From NCBI GenBank assembly GCA_016187485.1, contig JACPJO010000002.1, positions 27,912 through 91,911 of the forward strand: a stretch of DNA of 64,000 nt. Reading direction: 5' to 3'. A program made the translations under genes and the position numbers. Shown here in pieces: positions 28,334 through 38,051 of the stretch (the stretch's first letter is position 1; every line of letters starts with the position of its first letter). Below the pieces are notes generated by a model, which was not told where the DNA came from, made no database searches, and saw only the letters and a list, made by a program, of their open reading frames with translations. The stretch is from Candidatus Uhrbacteria bacterium. GTDB taxonomy: Bacteria > Patescibacteriota > Patescibacteriia > UBA9934 > UBA10169.

Positions 28334-30814
28334 CTACTCAAAAAGGACGCCGACAAACCCAGGGGACCGGTTTTCTATGTCTGCCTTGATCACGCCATCG
28401 GTAAGCGGGTGGGAACTCCAGAGAGTGGGGAGGTTGGCAGGGGGAGTAAGACGTACGCGTGTGGTGCGTCCGACCGTACCCGATTGCGTATCAACCGTGA
28501 GAGTATGCGCTGTCGGTTTCTCAAACCCCAGACGATCAAGAACAGCCGTGAAGGCTCCTGTGGGACGAGTGAGGGGAACGCGCCAGGGAAGCTCGTAGGT
28601 GAAGGAGATTTGCGATGTTGTTCCCGGCCGTGTTTGGATCCAGTCTCCAAAAACCGTCTTTCCGAACTCCTCACTTACCCATGTGCCTGTGCGCGGGTCT
28701 CTGGCGCTGGTTTCCTCGGTGAAGGCGAGATCGGCATCGGTGGCAAGGGGGAGATCAGCAATCTCGAACGCGCTCTCTTTGGGGGGCGTTGCGCCATCGG
28801 TGTCAATAAGCGTGGCACCGCGCGGGACGTACAGGCGCACGAACGTCACGTTATTGGCTCCGGTGAAACGCGCGCCGGGAATTCCGTGGTGTGTGCGCAC
28901 AACGGTGACGGTATTGCGCACAACCCCTGCAGGAGAGATCGTGGAATCTACCTCTACTGTCTCGTCTATCACGGCATCGGTTTTTTCTCCTCCAATGTTT
29001 GCCTCTGCCACAAGAAGGTAGTCGCCGTTTGTGCGGCGCAACTCTCCTGTCACGCCAAACGCGCGTGCGGCTTCTTGCTCCGCAGGGTCAGTGAAATACA
29101 TCTGGACATCCTTCTGCGCTACCCCTGTTTGTAAGAGAGTGAGTGCGTCAAGGAACGTTGGTCCATCCAATGTTTGCAGACGCGCAAGAAGGAGCGGGGC
29201 CAGGTCTGCCAAGAACTGTTTGGGATTTCCGCTTGCACGCGCGGCGTCATTTTCTACGAGCATTTGCGTCTCCGTAATGAAGTTCTCTGCCGACAAGATC
29301 TTTCCATAAGCAGGAATGGAAATGGGCCCGAGTATTTCCAAAAGGTCGGCAACGAAAGAGGCGTTTATGGCAAGGACGCCATCCTTTGTCGCTCCACCAG
29401 AGTTGGCATCGAACCAGAGAAGTTTTTTCGCTGATGCGGGAAAATCAGGGAACCAGTTCGCATCTTGGAATTCCCAACGCGCGTTCACCAGTTGCAGAGG
29501 AGGGGGAGCGGCGACATACTCGGTGAGGACACCCTGGAGAGCATAGGATCCGCCGCCGGGGATGGAGAGCGCCGTGATTTCTCCAGCGGAGACTTCCATG
29601 TCTGCAAACGACCCAATAAACCCGCCCGTGGGGCGCAGCTCTGTCTGATTTTGGAAAACGACCAGGTATCGTTTGGCAGTGTGCGTGCCAAGTACTTCAT
29701 GCAAAATCTCCGTGGTATCCAGGAAAGTCCGGAGTGTTTTTTGAATACGAGGTAAGGACTCCCGGAGCGCCAAGAATTGCTCTTGCCGGTCTTGTGGGAT
29801 AGCCTCGTGCTCCACGCGTGTGCTTGCCTCCACGGCATCTTCGAGGAATGGCATGGCCGAGGAGATATAGCGTTCCAAGAGAGAAATTTTTGTGGAAAGA
29901 TTTTGATCTACCGACGTTGAGCTTGTTTCTACCCCCTCGCTTAAAAGGGCAGCGGCTTTCGTGAGAGCTTTGCCCATCGCAAGCACCGCCTCGGCGCTTC
30001 GCAGTCGCGCACCCTCTCGTGGCAGAAAAACGGCGAGTGCGCGCACACCGCTCCCCAAATGCTCGAGTGTATCCCACGCTTCCCCAAGCGATACGCTGGC
30101 TTTTGTAAATGTTTCTTTGGCTGCGGAAAAATCCACGCGTGAGGTTTCCTTTGCCGCGCTTTCAAGAAGGGCAAGCGCTTCGGCGCCCTCCGTCAGCATA
30201 TTTTTTCGCGAGGTAGAGACAGACGAAATGGTGCTCGTGGCCTGAAGAGGGAGAACAAAAGCAAACGAGAGGATAACAAAGCTTGCTACCCCGCGTGCGA
30301 GCGGGGAAGAGCTACTCCACGCCCTCTGGGCGCTTTGTGGAACGGGATTCCGCCAGGCGATGTGCGGCAGGGCGGGGAGAGAGAACGTAGGCCATGAGCG
30401 CGCGGACTTCTTTCCCAGGTTTACGTCATCTTCGGCCAACTGCGCCGCCACATCTTCCTCCTTCACGGGGAAGAGAATCGGGAGTTCCTCTTCTTCCTTC
30501 ATGGAGACCGAAAGCGAAGCGACAAATTCTTCAAAAGTGGGAAGGATCTCTTCCGGAGCCGATGCGCGCTCTGTTGTGGGGAGATGGGTGAACTCCTCGG
30601 TGGGCCGCAGATTGAGGACGTGCAAAGAGGGAGCGGGGGAAGCGGTTTGTGCAAGGGGGAGAGTATGAGAGACGGGTGAAGATGTCGTGGGGGAAAGACT
30701 TTCTGTGCGTAAAGATAGAGGAAGTGCTTGATCAAACACAAACGCCGCTTGTTGTTTCCGCGATTGTGCGGATAAGCGCCGGCGGGGTTGAGTTTTTTTA
30801 GAGGCTTTCTTCAT
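28334..30814 (-). CDS. Very large (826 aa) membrane-anchored extracytoplasmic protein, unknown function (possibly DUF4012-like)
   Basis: Lys/Arg-rich N-terminus, an internal hydrophobic helix (VASFVILSFAFVLPLQA), and a long extracellular region. A 4-nt gap separates it from the preceding large protein, and it overlaps the GT4 gene upstream. Confidence 0.45.
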   Translation of the reverse strand: MKKASKKTQPRRRLSAQSRKQQAAFVFDQALPLSLRTESLSPTTSSPVSHTLPLAQTASPAPSLHVLNLRPTEEFTHLPTTERASAPEEILPTFEEFVASLSVSMKEEEELPILFPVKEEDVAAQLAEDDVNLGKKSARSWPTFSLPALPHIAWRNPVPQSAQRAWSSSSPLARGVASFVILSFAFVLPLQATSTISSVSTSRKNMLTEGAEALALLESAAKETSRVDFSAAKETFTKASVSLGEAWDTLEHLGSGVRALAVFLPREGARLRSAEAVLAMGKALTKAAALLSEGVETSSTSVDQNLSTKISLLERYISSAMPFLEDAVEASTRVEHEAIPQDRQEQFLALRESLPRIQKTLRTFLDTTEILHEVLGTHTAKRYLVVFQNQTELRPTGGFIGSFADMEVSAGEITALSIPGGGSYALQGVLTEYVAAPPPLQLVNARWEFQDANWFPDFPASAKKLLWFDANSGGATKDGVLAINASFVADLLEILGPISIPAYGKILSAENFITETQMLVENDAARASGNPKQFLADLAPLLLARLQTLDGPTFLDALTLLQTGVAQKDVQMYFTDPAEQEAARAFGVTGELRRTNGDYLLVAEANIGGEKTDAVIDETVEVDSTISPAGVVRNTVTVVRTHHGIPGARFTGANNVTFVRLYVPRGATLIDTDGATPPKESAFEIADLPLATDADLAFTEETSARDPRTGTWVSEEFGKTVFGDWIQTRPGTTSQISFTYELPWRVPLTRPTGAFTAVLDRLGFEKPTAHTLTVDTQSGTVGRTTRVRLTPPANLPTLWSSHPLTDGVIKADIENRSPGFVGVLFE

Positions 30815-31919
30815 ACAAGCGCCGTGTGCGCTCTGCCATCGTATCCCACGAATAATGTTTCTTTTGTTGGCGACCCTTTTGAATGAGTTCCTGCCGAAGC
30901 GCCTGATCTTGCAGGAGTTTTTCCATGATGCGCACCATTGCCTCTAGGTCATCTGGGTCAAAGAAGAGGGCGGCGTCGCCGAGAATCTCCGGGAAGGCGC
31001 TCGTGGAGGAAGCGGCCACCGGTGTGCCGTGCGACATGGCTTCAAGTGGCGGGAGACCGAACCCCTCGTGACGGGAAGGGAAGAGGCAAGCTGTGGCAAA
31101 ACGGTAAAGGTCGGCGAGGTCTTCATCGGAGACGAATCCTGTAAAGACGACAGAGGAAGAGGGAATGGCAATTTCTTCCAACTCTTTGCGCAGCCTTTCG
31201 TAAAACACATTGGTTTTTCCTGCCAGGACAAGCTTCACTTCGGGGTGGGCTTTCACAAAGAAGGAGAAAGCGTGCAGGAGAGACTCCAGATTCTTGTGCG
31301 GATAGGCATTGCCTACGTAGAGGAAGTACGGGCCGGCTACGCGGCGGTTTCCCGCTCCTCCTGTTGCCTCCCCGGGTGCTCCTTCGTGGATAACGGAGAT
31401 CTTTTCCGGCGGGAGTTTAGGGAAATGCGCCATGATGCGCGCGCGAGTGAAGTCGGATACCGCGATCACGCGCCGGCTTTTCCAAAGAGCGTGGTGAAGG
31501 ACGGCGCGATACCCCATTCGTTTTACTTCAAAGAGTCCGGGCGGCAAGAGACTCGCGGCGCGCGCCGAGCGACGCTCTTCCATCAAGATAAGGTCGTGGA
31601 TGGTGACGACGAACGGCGTCCGGAGACAGAGTGGAACATTCCAATGAGGAATATGCACGAGGTCGCAACACTCCCGGTCTATGATGGCGGGCATGCGGAT
31701 CTGTTCAGCAAATGTGTACCAACGCACGGGCACCACCCGTTTGTGCATGTGGCGCCCCTTTGGTTTAAACAGGCGAAAACCCTCTTCGTTGAGAAAGACC
31801 ACGAAGGTGTGAGGAGCCTTTTGGGCATCCAAACGATCGAGAAGCTCGGCAACGTAACGTCCAAGCCCCCCACCCCCCACATTTGGCCCGTAAAACCGAG
31901 CATCAATCCCGATCTTCAT
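30798..31919 (-). CDS. Glycosyltransferase family 4 (GT-B, retaining)
   Basis: C-terminal E-x7-E region ...PSRHEGFGLPPLEAMSHGTPVAAS... and an N-terminal GGGG glycine loop. Confidence 0.75.
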   Translation of the reverse strand: MKIGIDARFYGPNVGGGGLGRYVAELLDRLDAQKAPHTFVVFLNEEGFRLFKPKGRHMHKRVVPVRWYTFAEQIRMPAIIDRECCDLVHIPHWNVPLCLRTPFVVTIHDLILMEERRSARAASLLPPGLFEVKRMGYRAVLHHALWKSRRVIAVSDFTRARIMAHFPKLPPEKISVIHEGAPGEATGGAGNRRVAGPYFLYVGNAYPHKNLESLLHAFSFFVKAHPEVKLVLAGKTNVFYERLRKELEEIAIPSSSVVFTGFVSDEDLADLYRFATACLFPSRHEGFGLPPLEAMSHGTPVAASSTSAFPEILGDAALFFDPDDLEAMVRIMEKLLQDQALRQELIQKGRQQKKHYSWDTMAERTRRLYEESL

Positions 31920-31963
31920 AGCGACATTTTACACCGAATTTGGTGGATAACATGGGGATAAGA

Positions 31964-32716
31964 TTATCGGTCAACGGGGGGCAGGACACGCGTGGTCTGC
32001 CAGAGCACGTCAAAAAGGTTTTTCTGCAGCTCAAAGAGCCGATGGGACTCAACAATCATCCCGAAGGGCTCCTCCGTGGTTCCCATGTAGGCGACCTTGT
32101 TGTCGTAGAGGTACATAGTGAGGTGGAACGTCATTTTCCCTGGCGCAATATGCACCTCGCGGTTCTCCTTAATGCTTGAAGGGTACTTGGCGCCGACTTC
32201 CGTTGCCTCAGAACGGATGACATGGAGGCGTTTCCCAGAAGTAATACGTCGAGTGGTGTAGTCTGCGAACCAATCTTGGCCAGCGAGAAGATCGATATCA
32301 GCGACGGAGAGAATAGCGCAGAGTTGCCGGCTCGTGTTGTTGAGCGTGTCCTCAAAGACGGTCTTTACTCCAGCGGCCCCTTCGTAGAGCCGTATGCGTG
32401 GTTGGTCGGAGGTCGTACGGAATAGGGAGAGAAGTTCCGGAAGAGCGCGCGCGGCTTTCTCTTGTTTCTCTCGAAGCATGGCTTCTAAACGTGTGGGCTT
32501 TTCTGCGCGATAGGTTCGGCGGCGCCCGATTGTGCTGTAACTTGCTAGACCCATGACAACCAGTTGTTGGAGAACTTCATGGGCGGTTGTCCGGGGGAGG
32601 CCTACTTCGCGACCGATGCGCTCTGCTGTCCCTGCGCCAACACGAAGCAAAGCGAGATAAATTTCCCCTTTTGTCTTTGGCAAACCAATTTCTCCGAGGG
32701 TTTCTTTGAGTGACAT
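31964..32716 (-). CDS. TrmB-family-like transcriptional regulator (wHTH plus sensor domain)
   Basis: N-terminal LGEIGLPKTKGEIYLALLRVGAGTAERIGREVGLPRTTAHEVLQQLVVMGL matches the TrmB-type winged helix. About 250 aa. Confidence 0.5.
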   Translation of the reverse strand: MSLKETLGEIGLPKTKGEIYLALLRVGAGTAERIGREVGLPRTTAHEVLQQLVVMGLASYSTIGRRRTYRAEKPTRLEAMLREKQEKAARALPELLSLFRTTSDQPRIRLYEGAAGVKTVFEDTLNNTSRQLCAILSVADIDLLAGQDWFADYTTRRITSGKRLHVIRSEATEVGAKYPSSIKENREVHIAPGKMTFHLTMYLYDNKVAYMGTTEEPFGMIVESHRLFELQKNLFDVLWQTTRVLPPVDR

Positions 32717-32875
32717 GAGTGGAACAAACGAGACTTACACACTTTCGTCGGAACTTTCCGACGACCATTATTGCATGGAAGTACTTATAAATGCAATTTT
32801 CCTACATATAGGAACTTACATATGTCGGAAATATACTTCCACTTTTGCCTCACCTAAGGTACGATCGGCACTTGT

Positions 32876-34609
32876 ATGAAGTCCAAAACACCAAACTTTG
32901 ATGAGAGGATTGAGGAACTGTTAAAAAAATTGGTGCCAGGCACCAGAGTGTGTAAGAAAACAGGAGAGACTTGGGAGCTTACCCAGGAAGAAATTGAATG
33001 GTGCCGGCATTTTCGTGTACCGCCGTCGGATGTAAGCCCACTCGCACGTCTGCGTATGCTCACGGCCTTTTTTGTGGGCTACCAGTGGTGGAACAATAAA
33101 AGCGCGAAAGATGGGAGGACGCTTGTGAGCTCCACGCATCCGGCGAGTGGTGTGAAGATTCTCCCAGACGAGGAGTGGCTTCAGCAGGACTTTTCTTCTC
33201 TTCGACGACCTATTCATTCGGACACCTCTGTTTTTCGTGTGCTCCAAGAGCTGTCCCGAGAGATCCCCTTTATGGCGTTTCGCAATGCGGTACCGCCAGA
33301 AAACTCCATCTCTACAATCTCCATGGGGGACCAAAACAGTTATTTCATGAACGCTTGTCGATCGAAGAATTCCTTTTTTGGGATGAATGCGCTCGACACG
33401 GAAGATTCTGCAGAAGTTTATCAGTCAGGAAAGATTGTCGGCTCCTACAATGTGGTACACGCCGAGCGTCTTTACCAATGTCGGTTTGTGCAAGAGTCGC
33501 GTGATTGTATGAGCAGCGCATTTCTTTTTGATTGTCGAGACTGCGAGCATTGTTTTATGGCGACGAACAAACGACGGGCAAAATATGTTTGGAAGAATGA
33601 GCAGCTTTCGCGGCAGGAGTATGAAAAACGTATAGCCGAAGTGGACCTGTCTTCCCGCGTGCGGCTTGAGGCGTACAAAACAGAGTTTCTGGAGTTGATA
33701 CGGACACAAGGAATCTGGCCCGAGAACTTCAACGAGAAAGCGGAACAAAGCTCTGGAGAGTATTTACAGGAAGTCACCAACTGCCATTTTTGCTATAACA
33801 ACAATTATGGGTGCCGTGACCAGCTTTGGTGCGCGTACATGTTTCATGAAACATTCCAAAATGCATTCGACGTCGGGCTTTTCTACGGAACGAACAACTG
33901 CTGGGGTTGTTCAACGGGGTCGCGAAGCGCGAACTGTCTCTTCAGTTATCTTGTCGTAAATTGCCAACGCGTGGAATACTCCATGCATTGTTACGATTGC
34001 GAGAACTGTTTTGGATGCGTGGGGCTTAACCGCAAGAAGTTTCACATCTTCAATACGCCATGTACGGAAGAGGAGTATTATCGGTTGCTCGATGAGATAA
34101 AGTGCGGGATGCTTGAGCGACGCGAATACGGGGAATTTCTTCCCGCCACTCTTTCGCCTACGCGCTTTTTGGATTCCGGCGCTGCGCTCTTTCTTTTGGC
34201 AGATGAGGTAGCGGGGCGGCAACTTGGTGCATTAGAGTATGCGCCTGAATCTGCAGGGGCAAGTGGAGACCCCTCGATTGTCCTTTTACCGGTGGGTGAT
34301 ATTCCCGACAGCATTTCCGATCCCTCGGTGGAGGCGCTTTCCGGCAAGCTCTTTTTTGACGAGTCTCTCGATCGACGTTTTACTTTCCTTAAACCAGAGG
34401 TGGAGTTTTATCGCGCGATGAAGATCGGTCCGCCTCGTGATCACTTTATTGCTCGTGTGCGCGATCTTAGCTTTCGCGCAAATTCAGGTGTATTTGAGGA
34501 CACCATCTGCGCCAAATGCTCACGGAATATTCTCGTCACGAAGAATAAAACATTTCCTTCACGCACTATATATTGCCGCGCATGTTACCAAGACACTCTT
34601 TCCGCGTAA
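32876..34609 (+). CDS. Cysteine-rich cytoplasmic protein with repeated CxxC/CxC modules, unknown function
   Basis: 577 aa with no signal peptide. Recurring units include ...CRFVQESRDCMSSAFLFDCRDCEHCF..., NCHFCYNNNYGCRDQLWCAYMF, NCWGCSTGSRSANCLFSYLVVNCQRVEYSMHCYDCENCFGCVGL and C-terminal CAKCSRN...YCRACYQ. Confidence 0.5.
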   Translation: MKSKTPNFDERIEELLKKLVPGTRVCKKTGETWELTQEEIEWCRHFRVPPSDVSPLARLRMLTAFFVGYQWWNNKSAKDGRTLVSSTHPASGVKILPDEEWLQQDFSSLRRPIHSDTSVFRVLQELSREIPFMAFRNAVPPENSISTISMGDQNSYFMNACRSKNSFFGMNALDTEDSAEVYQSGKIVGSYNVVHAERLYQCRFVQESRDCMSSAFLFDCRDCEHCFMATNKRRAKYVWKNEQLSRQEYEKRIAEVDLSSRVRLEAYKTEFLELIRTQGIWPENFNEKAEQSSGEYLQEVTNCHFCYNNNYGCRDQLWCAYMFHETFQNAFDVGLFYGTNNCWGCSTGSRSANCLFSYLVVNCQRVEYSMHCYDCENCFGCVGLNRKKFHIFNTPCTEEEYYRLLDEIKCGMLERREYGEFLPATLSPTRFLDSGAALFLLADEVAGRQLGALEYAPESAGASGDPSIVLLPVGDIPDSISDPSVEALSGKLFFDESLDRRFTFLKPEVEFYRAMKIGPPRDHFIARVRDLSFRANSGVFEDTICAKCSRNILVTKNKTFPSRTIYCRACYQDTLSA

Positions 34610-34657
34610 CAGTTCTCCCATTGGCGCGTCTCCTTATGCATGGGGTAGTCCCAAAAT

Positions 34658-35860
34658 ATGACGCGCAAAATGCAAAGCACCTGTGGGGTCTGTGTCGCTG
34701 TTGTCCTCGTTGTCGCTTCCGCGGGGCATGCTTCCTCTGTGATAAAGGGGAGAGAGAAGCGAGCAATGGAGCGCGCAGAGGCGTTTGTTTCTCAGCGTCG
34801 CGAGGCGTGGGGGAAGGAGGAAAACCCTTTTGAAGACCGCCCGGTTCTCCGCGTTCTCTTGCTTGGCCTTGACGCGCGAGTAGACCAGACGGTGGGACAC
34901 TGCGACGTCATCCAATTCATCGAAATTGATTCTACCAACGCCACGATAGATATTACTGCCGTCCCGCGCGGCACATATTCGCCTCTTCCGTCCGGCACCT
35001 ATGCCGCCACGGATTATTATCTGTCGAACGCCTGTGCTATCGGCGGCGTCGAGTACGGGATTTCACAAATTGAAAAACTTCTTGGCCGCACGGCAGACTA
35101 TGTCGTGCTTGTAAACTTTTCCGGCGCGCTGCACATTTTCCGCACGCTTGGGCTTCCTGCCTCGGACACGCTCGCGTGGTTGCGCCACCGCCAGAGTTTT
35201 CCGGTGGGGGAGCCGCAACGTGCGCACAACCACTCCGTTTTTCTTAAGGACTCCCTTGCTCGTTTTGAAAAGTTGTTGGATGACAAGGCCGCTACCCCGC
35301 TTCAGTATCTTCTCTATCGTACGGTAAAAACGGACATGACGTTTGCACAGGCGCGCGTGTTGGCAGAAACCGTTGGGCGCATGGACACGGCGCAACACGA
35401 GGACCGTGTACGTCTGTACATGATACCCGCGTACCCTGTGGCCGATATCCCATTTGATCCGGCGCGCGCAGAGGCAGAACTTGCCCAGTGGATGGAGCCG
35501 ATCCGCCCACTTCTGCACGGGGCCACATTCACCGGAGCGACAAGCGAGGAGGTGCAAGAGAAGGTCGTCTCCTTTTTGCGGAGTCACATACATGATCCAG
35601 CGTTTGTGCGCCGCGCCCTCGCCGAGCATCTCTGGCTTAGCATAGACGACGAAGCTCTCCGCGACGAACTTCATGCCGAGTTTTTGCGCGCGTATCTTCC
35701 GCTTGTGGGAGACGAAGAGCGTCTTGATGTGCTGGCGGACTATCTGCTGGAAATGGAAGAGGAAGGGAAAGAGTATCGTGTGGAATATGCAAAAGAAGAA
35801 CTTACGCGTCTCCTTGCGGCGACCACTCCTTATGCAGAGGCGTCTGCGAGTGCGCCGTAA
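34658..35860 (+). CDS. LytR-CpsA-Psr (LCP) family cell-wall glycopolymer transferase
   Basis: N-terminal TM (VCVAVVLVVASAGHA). LLLGLDARVDQ...HCDVIQFIEID...ITAVPRGTY...YYLSNACAIGGVEYGISQIEKLLGRTADYVVLVNFSG matches the LCP core motifs. Confidence 0.65.
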   Translation: MTRKMQSTCGVCVAVVLVVASAGHASSVIKGREKRAMERAEAFVSQRREAWGKEENPFEDRPVLRVLLLGLDARVDQTVGHCDVIQFIEIDSTNATIDITAVPRGTYSPLPSGTYAATDYYLSNACAIGGVEYGISQIEKLLGRTADYVVLVNFSGALHIFRTLGLPASDTLAWLRHRQSFPVGEPQRAHNHSVFLKDSLARFEKLLDDKAATPLQYLLYRTVKTDMTFAQARVLAETVGRMDTAQHEDRVRLYMIPAYPVADIPFDPARAEAELAQWMEPIRPLLHGATFTGATSEEVQEKVVSFLRSHIHDPAFVRRALAEHLWLSIDDEALRDELHAEFLRAYLPLVGDEERLDVLADYLLEMEEEGKEYRVEYAKEELTRLLAATTPYAEASASAP

Positions 35861-36945
35861 AGAGTCGCTGCCGCTTTCTCCCACGCGAATAAAGAAACGC
35901 GCGCATACCCGGCAGAGACAAGCTGACTCCCAAGCGCCTCGTCGCGCAAGAGTTCCCGTACGGCCGCCGCGATATGGTCTGCGCGTTTCGGATCCACAAG
36001 AAGCGCTGCGTGTCCTGCCACCTCGCGGGTCGCGGAGACGGCGCTTGTGACAACTGGGACACCATAGGCAAAGGCCTCAAGGATGGGTAGGCCAAAGCCT
36101 TCGTAAAAGGAGGGGAACACGAGAGCCGCGGCGTTTCGGTAGAGAGCCGGCAGGTCATCTTCTGGCACGTATCCGAGGATATGCACACGTGACCGGAGAC
36201 TTTCAGGAACCATGTGCCGCGCGGCCTTTGATCCGACAGAAACAAGGTGAACATGGGGGAGCAGAGAAAGCGCGGCGAGAAGCCCCGGAATATTTTTTCG
36301 CACCTCCCATGTGCCCACATGAAGGACGTATAGGATAGGGAGGTGATACTTAGAACGGATACCAGAATCTCTTGGAGATTTTTCGCTTGTAAACCGAGCA
36401 TCTATGCCGTGAAGGGCTACACGAGTATGTCCCTCGGTCTTTGGAACCAGGGCCGCTACGTCGTGTGCTGTTGTTCTACTTGGGACGATGACGACACGGG
36501 CCTGCCGCATCAGACGACATGGGCCGACCAGCGTGTGCCACAGGCGGTCTTTTTTTGAAAACCACGGGGCGTGAAGCAGAAACGACACGTCGTGAACGCT
36601 CAACACGTAGGGGCGTTTAGTGGAAAAAAAGTGCAGATTGGGAAGCCAGATGACGTCAGGTGGTGATTGGCAAAGGGACTCAAAAAGAGGGCGACGACCA
36701 AGAAGGATGCCTGCGTGCAGAAGTCTGTTGGGGATGAGGCGGTGCGTGTGGATGACGGGGCGGGGGAGTTGTTTGATGACTTGTGCGGCCGCGGCACGCG
36801 TGTGCGCGGATCCGGTGGTCACGATCTCAATTTCGTCACCCTCTTTTGCTACAAGACAAAGCTCTGTAAGAAGGGAGAGCGTGGCTCGACACACTCCCGT
36901 CGGGTTTTTCTCTGCCAGGTGTCGTCCGTCCACGGCGATTTTCAT
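35830..36945 (-). CDS. Glycosyltransferase family 4
   Basis: ...FPSFYEGFGLPILEAFAYGVPVVTSAVSATREVAGHAALLVDP... is the EX7E motif region. Confidence 0.75.
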   Translation of the reverse strand: MKIAVDGRHLAEKNPTGVCRATLSLLTELCLVAKEGDEIEIVTTGSAHTRAAAAQVIKQLPRPVIHTHRLIPNRLLHAGILLGRRPLFESLCQSPPDVIWLPNLHFFSTKRPYVLSVHDVSFLLHAPWFSKKDRLWHTLVGPCRLMRQARVVIVPSRTTAHDVAALVPKTEGHTRVALHGIDARFTSEKSPRDSGIRSKYHLPILYVLHVGTWEVRKNIPGLLAALSLLPHVHLVSVGSKAARHMVPESLRSRVHILGYVPEDDLPALYRNAAALVFPSFYEGFGLPILEAFAYGVPVVTSAVSATREVAGHAALLVDPKRADHIAAAVRELLRDEALGSQLVSAGYARVSLFAWEKAAATLYGALADASA

Positions 36946-38045
36946 AGTGTGCGTGCGTGCCGTTGGTGTGCCTCTTCCACAAGCGCGCGAAACTCGCGTT
37001 CGAATGTTTCTTTAGAGTATTGCAGAGCGTGCGCACGAACCGTCTCTGGGTCAAAGACATCTTCGTGGAATTCAATGATAGTGCTTGCAAGCCGCTCCCA
37101 CGTTTGCTCGTCGAAAAATGTCCCCGTCACTCCCTCGCGTATCGTCTCGACAGCTCCGCCCCGCCGAAATGCAATGACGGGACAGCCAGAGGCCATCGCT
37201 TCTACGGGCGTGATACCGAAGTCTTCTTCTTGCGGATGGATGAATGCGCGCGCTCCCTGGTACAGCCGTGCCTGCTCCTCGTTGCTTACGCGCCCGAGGA
37301 ACTCCACGGACGGTCCGGCTCGGCGTCGGAGCTCTGCCTCTACAGGGCCGGTGCCGAAGACTTTGAGTGGAAATCCTGTGCGCGTACATGCGTCCACAAC
37401 GACATCGAAACGTTTGTATGCCACAAGCCGTCCGCCAGTGAGGAAGTAGTCCTTCTCACCCTTTGAAACAGAAAATCGGGAAACATCTACGGGGGGGTGT
37501 ATGACAGTGCTCTCGCGCCCGTAGTATTTTTTAATGCGGCCCGCCACTGTTTGTGAATTTGCTACAAAAATATCTACGCGCTCCGCCGCCGCTCGGTCCC
37601 ACAGGCGCAGAAGGGAAAGGAGGGGTGGCAAGCACCACTTGATGACAAATGGCACACGCAGTTCAGATACATACTCTCGGCTATCGCTCCATAGATAGCG
37701 AGTGGGTGTGTGGCAATAACAGATATGTAGTGTGTGCGGTTTTGTGATGATGCCTTTGGCAAAGGCGCTGGAACTGGAAACAACGACATCAAAATTTGCG
37801 AGCGGGTAATGTTCCGTGGCTGCGGGCATGAGGGGGAGATACCATTGGAAGAGTCGATGGGCAAAGGGCAGATGTGATAGAAAGGACAGGCGCACGTCGG
37901 CATGGTCGAACCACCCGCCCATCTTTTTTCTATCAAAGATCAGCACAAAAAGAGGGGCCGCGGGCCACATCTTATGCAAGACATGTAAGACCTCTTCGGC
38001 TCCTCCCAGCTGGTTGAGGTGATCGTGGACAAGCGCGAGGCGCAT
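36942..38045 (-). CDS. Glycosyltransferase family 4
   Basis: ...HPQEEDFGITPVEAMASGCPVIAFRRGGAVETI... and an N-terminal GGAEE loop. 4-nt overlap with the downstream GT4. Confidence 0.75.
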   Translation of the reverse strand: MRLALVHDHLNQLGGAEEVLHVLHKMWPAAPLFVLIFDRKKMGGWFDHADVRLSFLSHLPFAHRLFQWYLPLMPAATEHYPLANFDVVVSSSSAFAKGIITKPHTLHICYCHTPTRYLWSDSREYVSELRVPFVIKWCLPPLLSLLRLWDRAAAERVDIFVANSQTVAGRIKKYYGRESTVIHPPVDVSRFSVSKGEKDYFLTGGRLVAYKRFDVVVDACTRTGFPLKVFGTGPVEAELRRRAGPSVEFLGRVSNEEQARLYQGARAFIHPQEEDFGITPVEAMASGCPVIAFRRGGAVETIREGVTGTFFDEQTWERLASTIIEFHEDVFDPETVRAHALQYSKETFEREFRALVEEAHQRHARTL

Positions 38046-38051
38046 GTGAAA

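Noticed and set aside
36620-37466. Plus-strand ORFs of 131, 260 and 169 aa
   Set aside because: Antisense to two GT4 glycosyltransferase genes with clear EX7E motifs. They are Arg/Ser/Cys-rich translations typical of GC-rich antisense frames.
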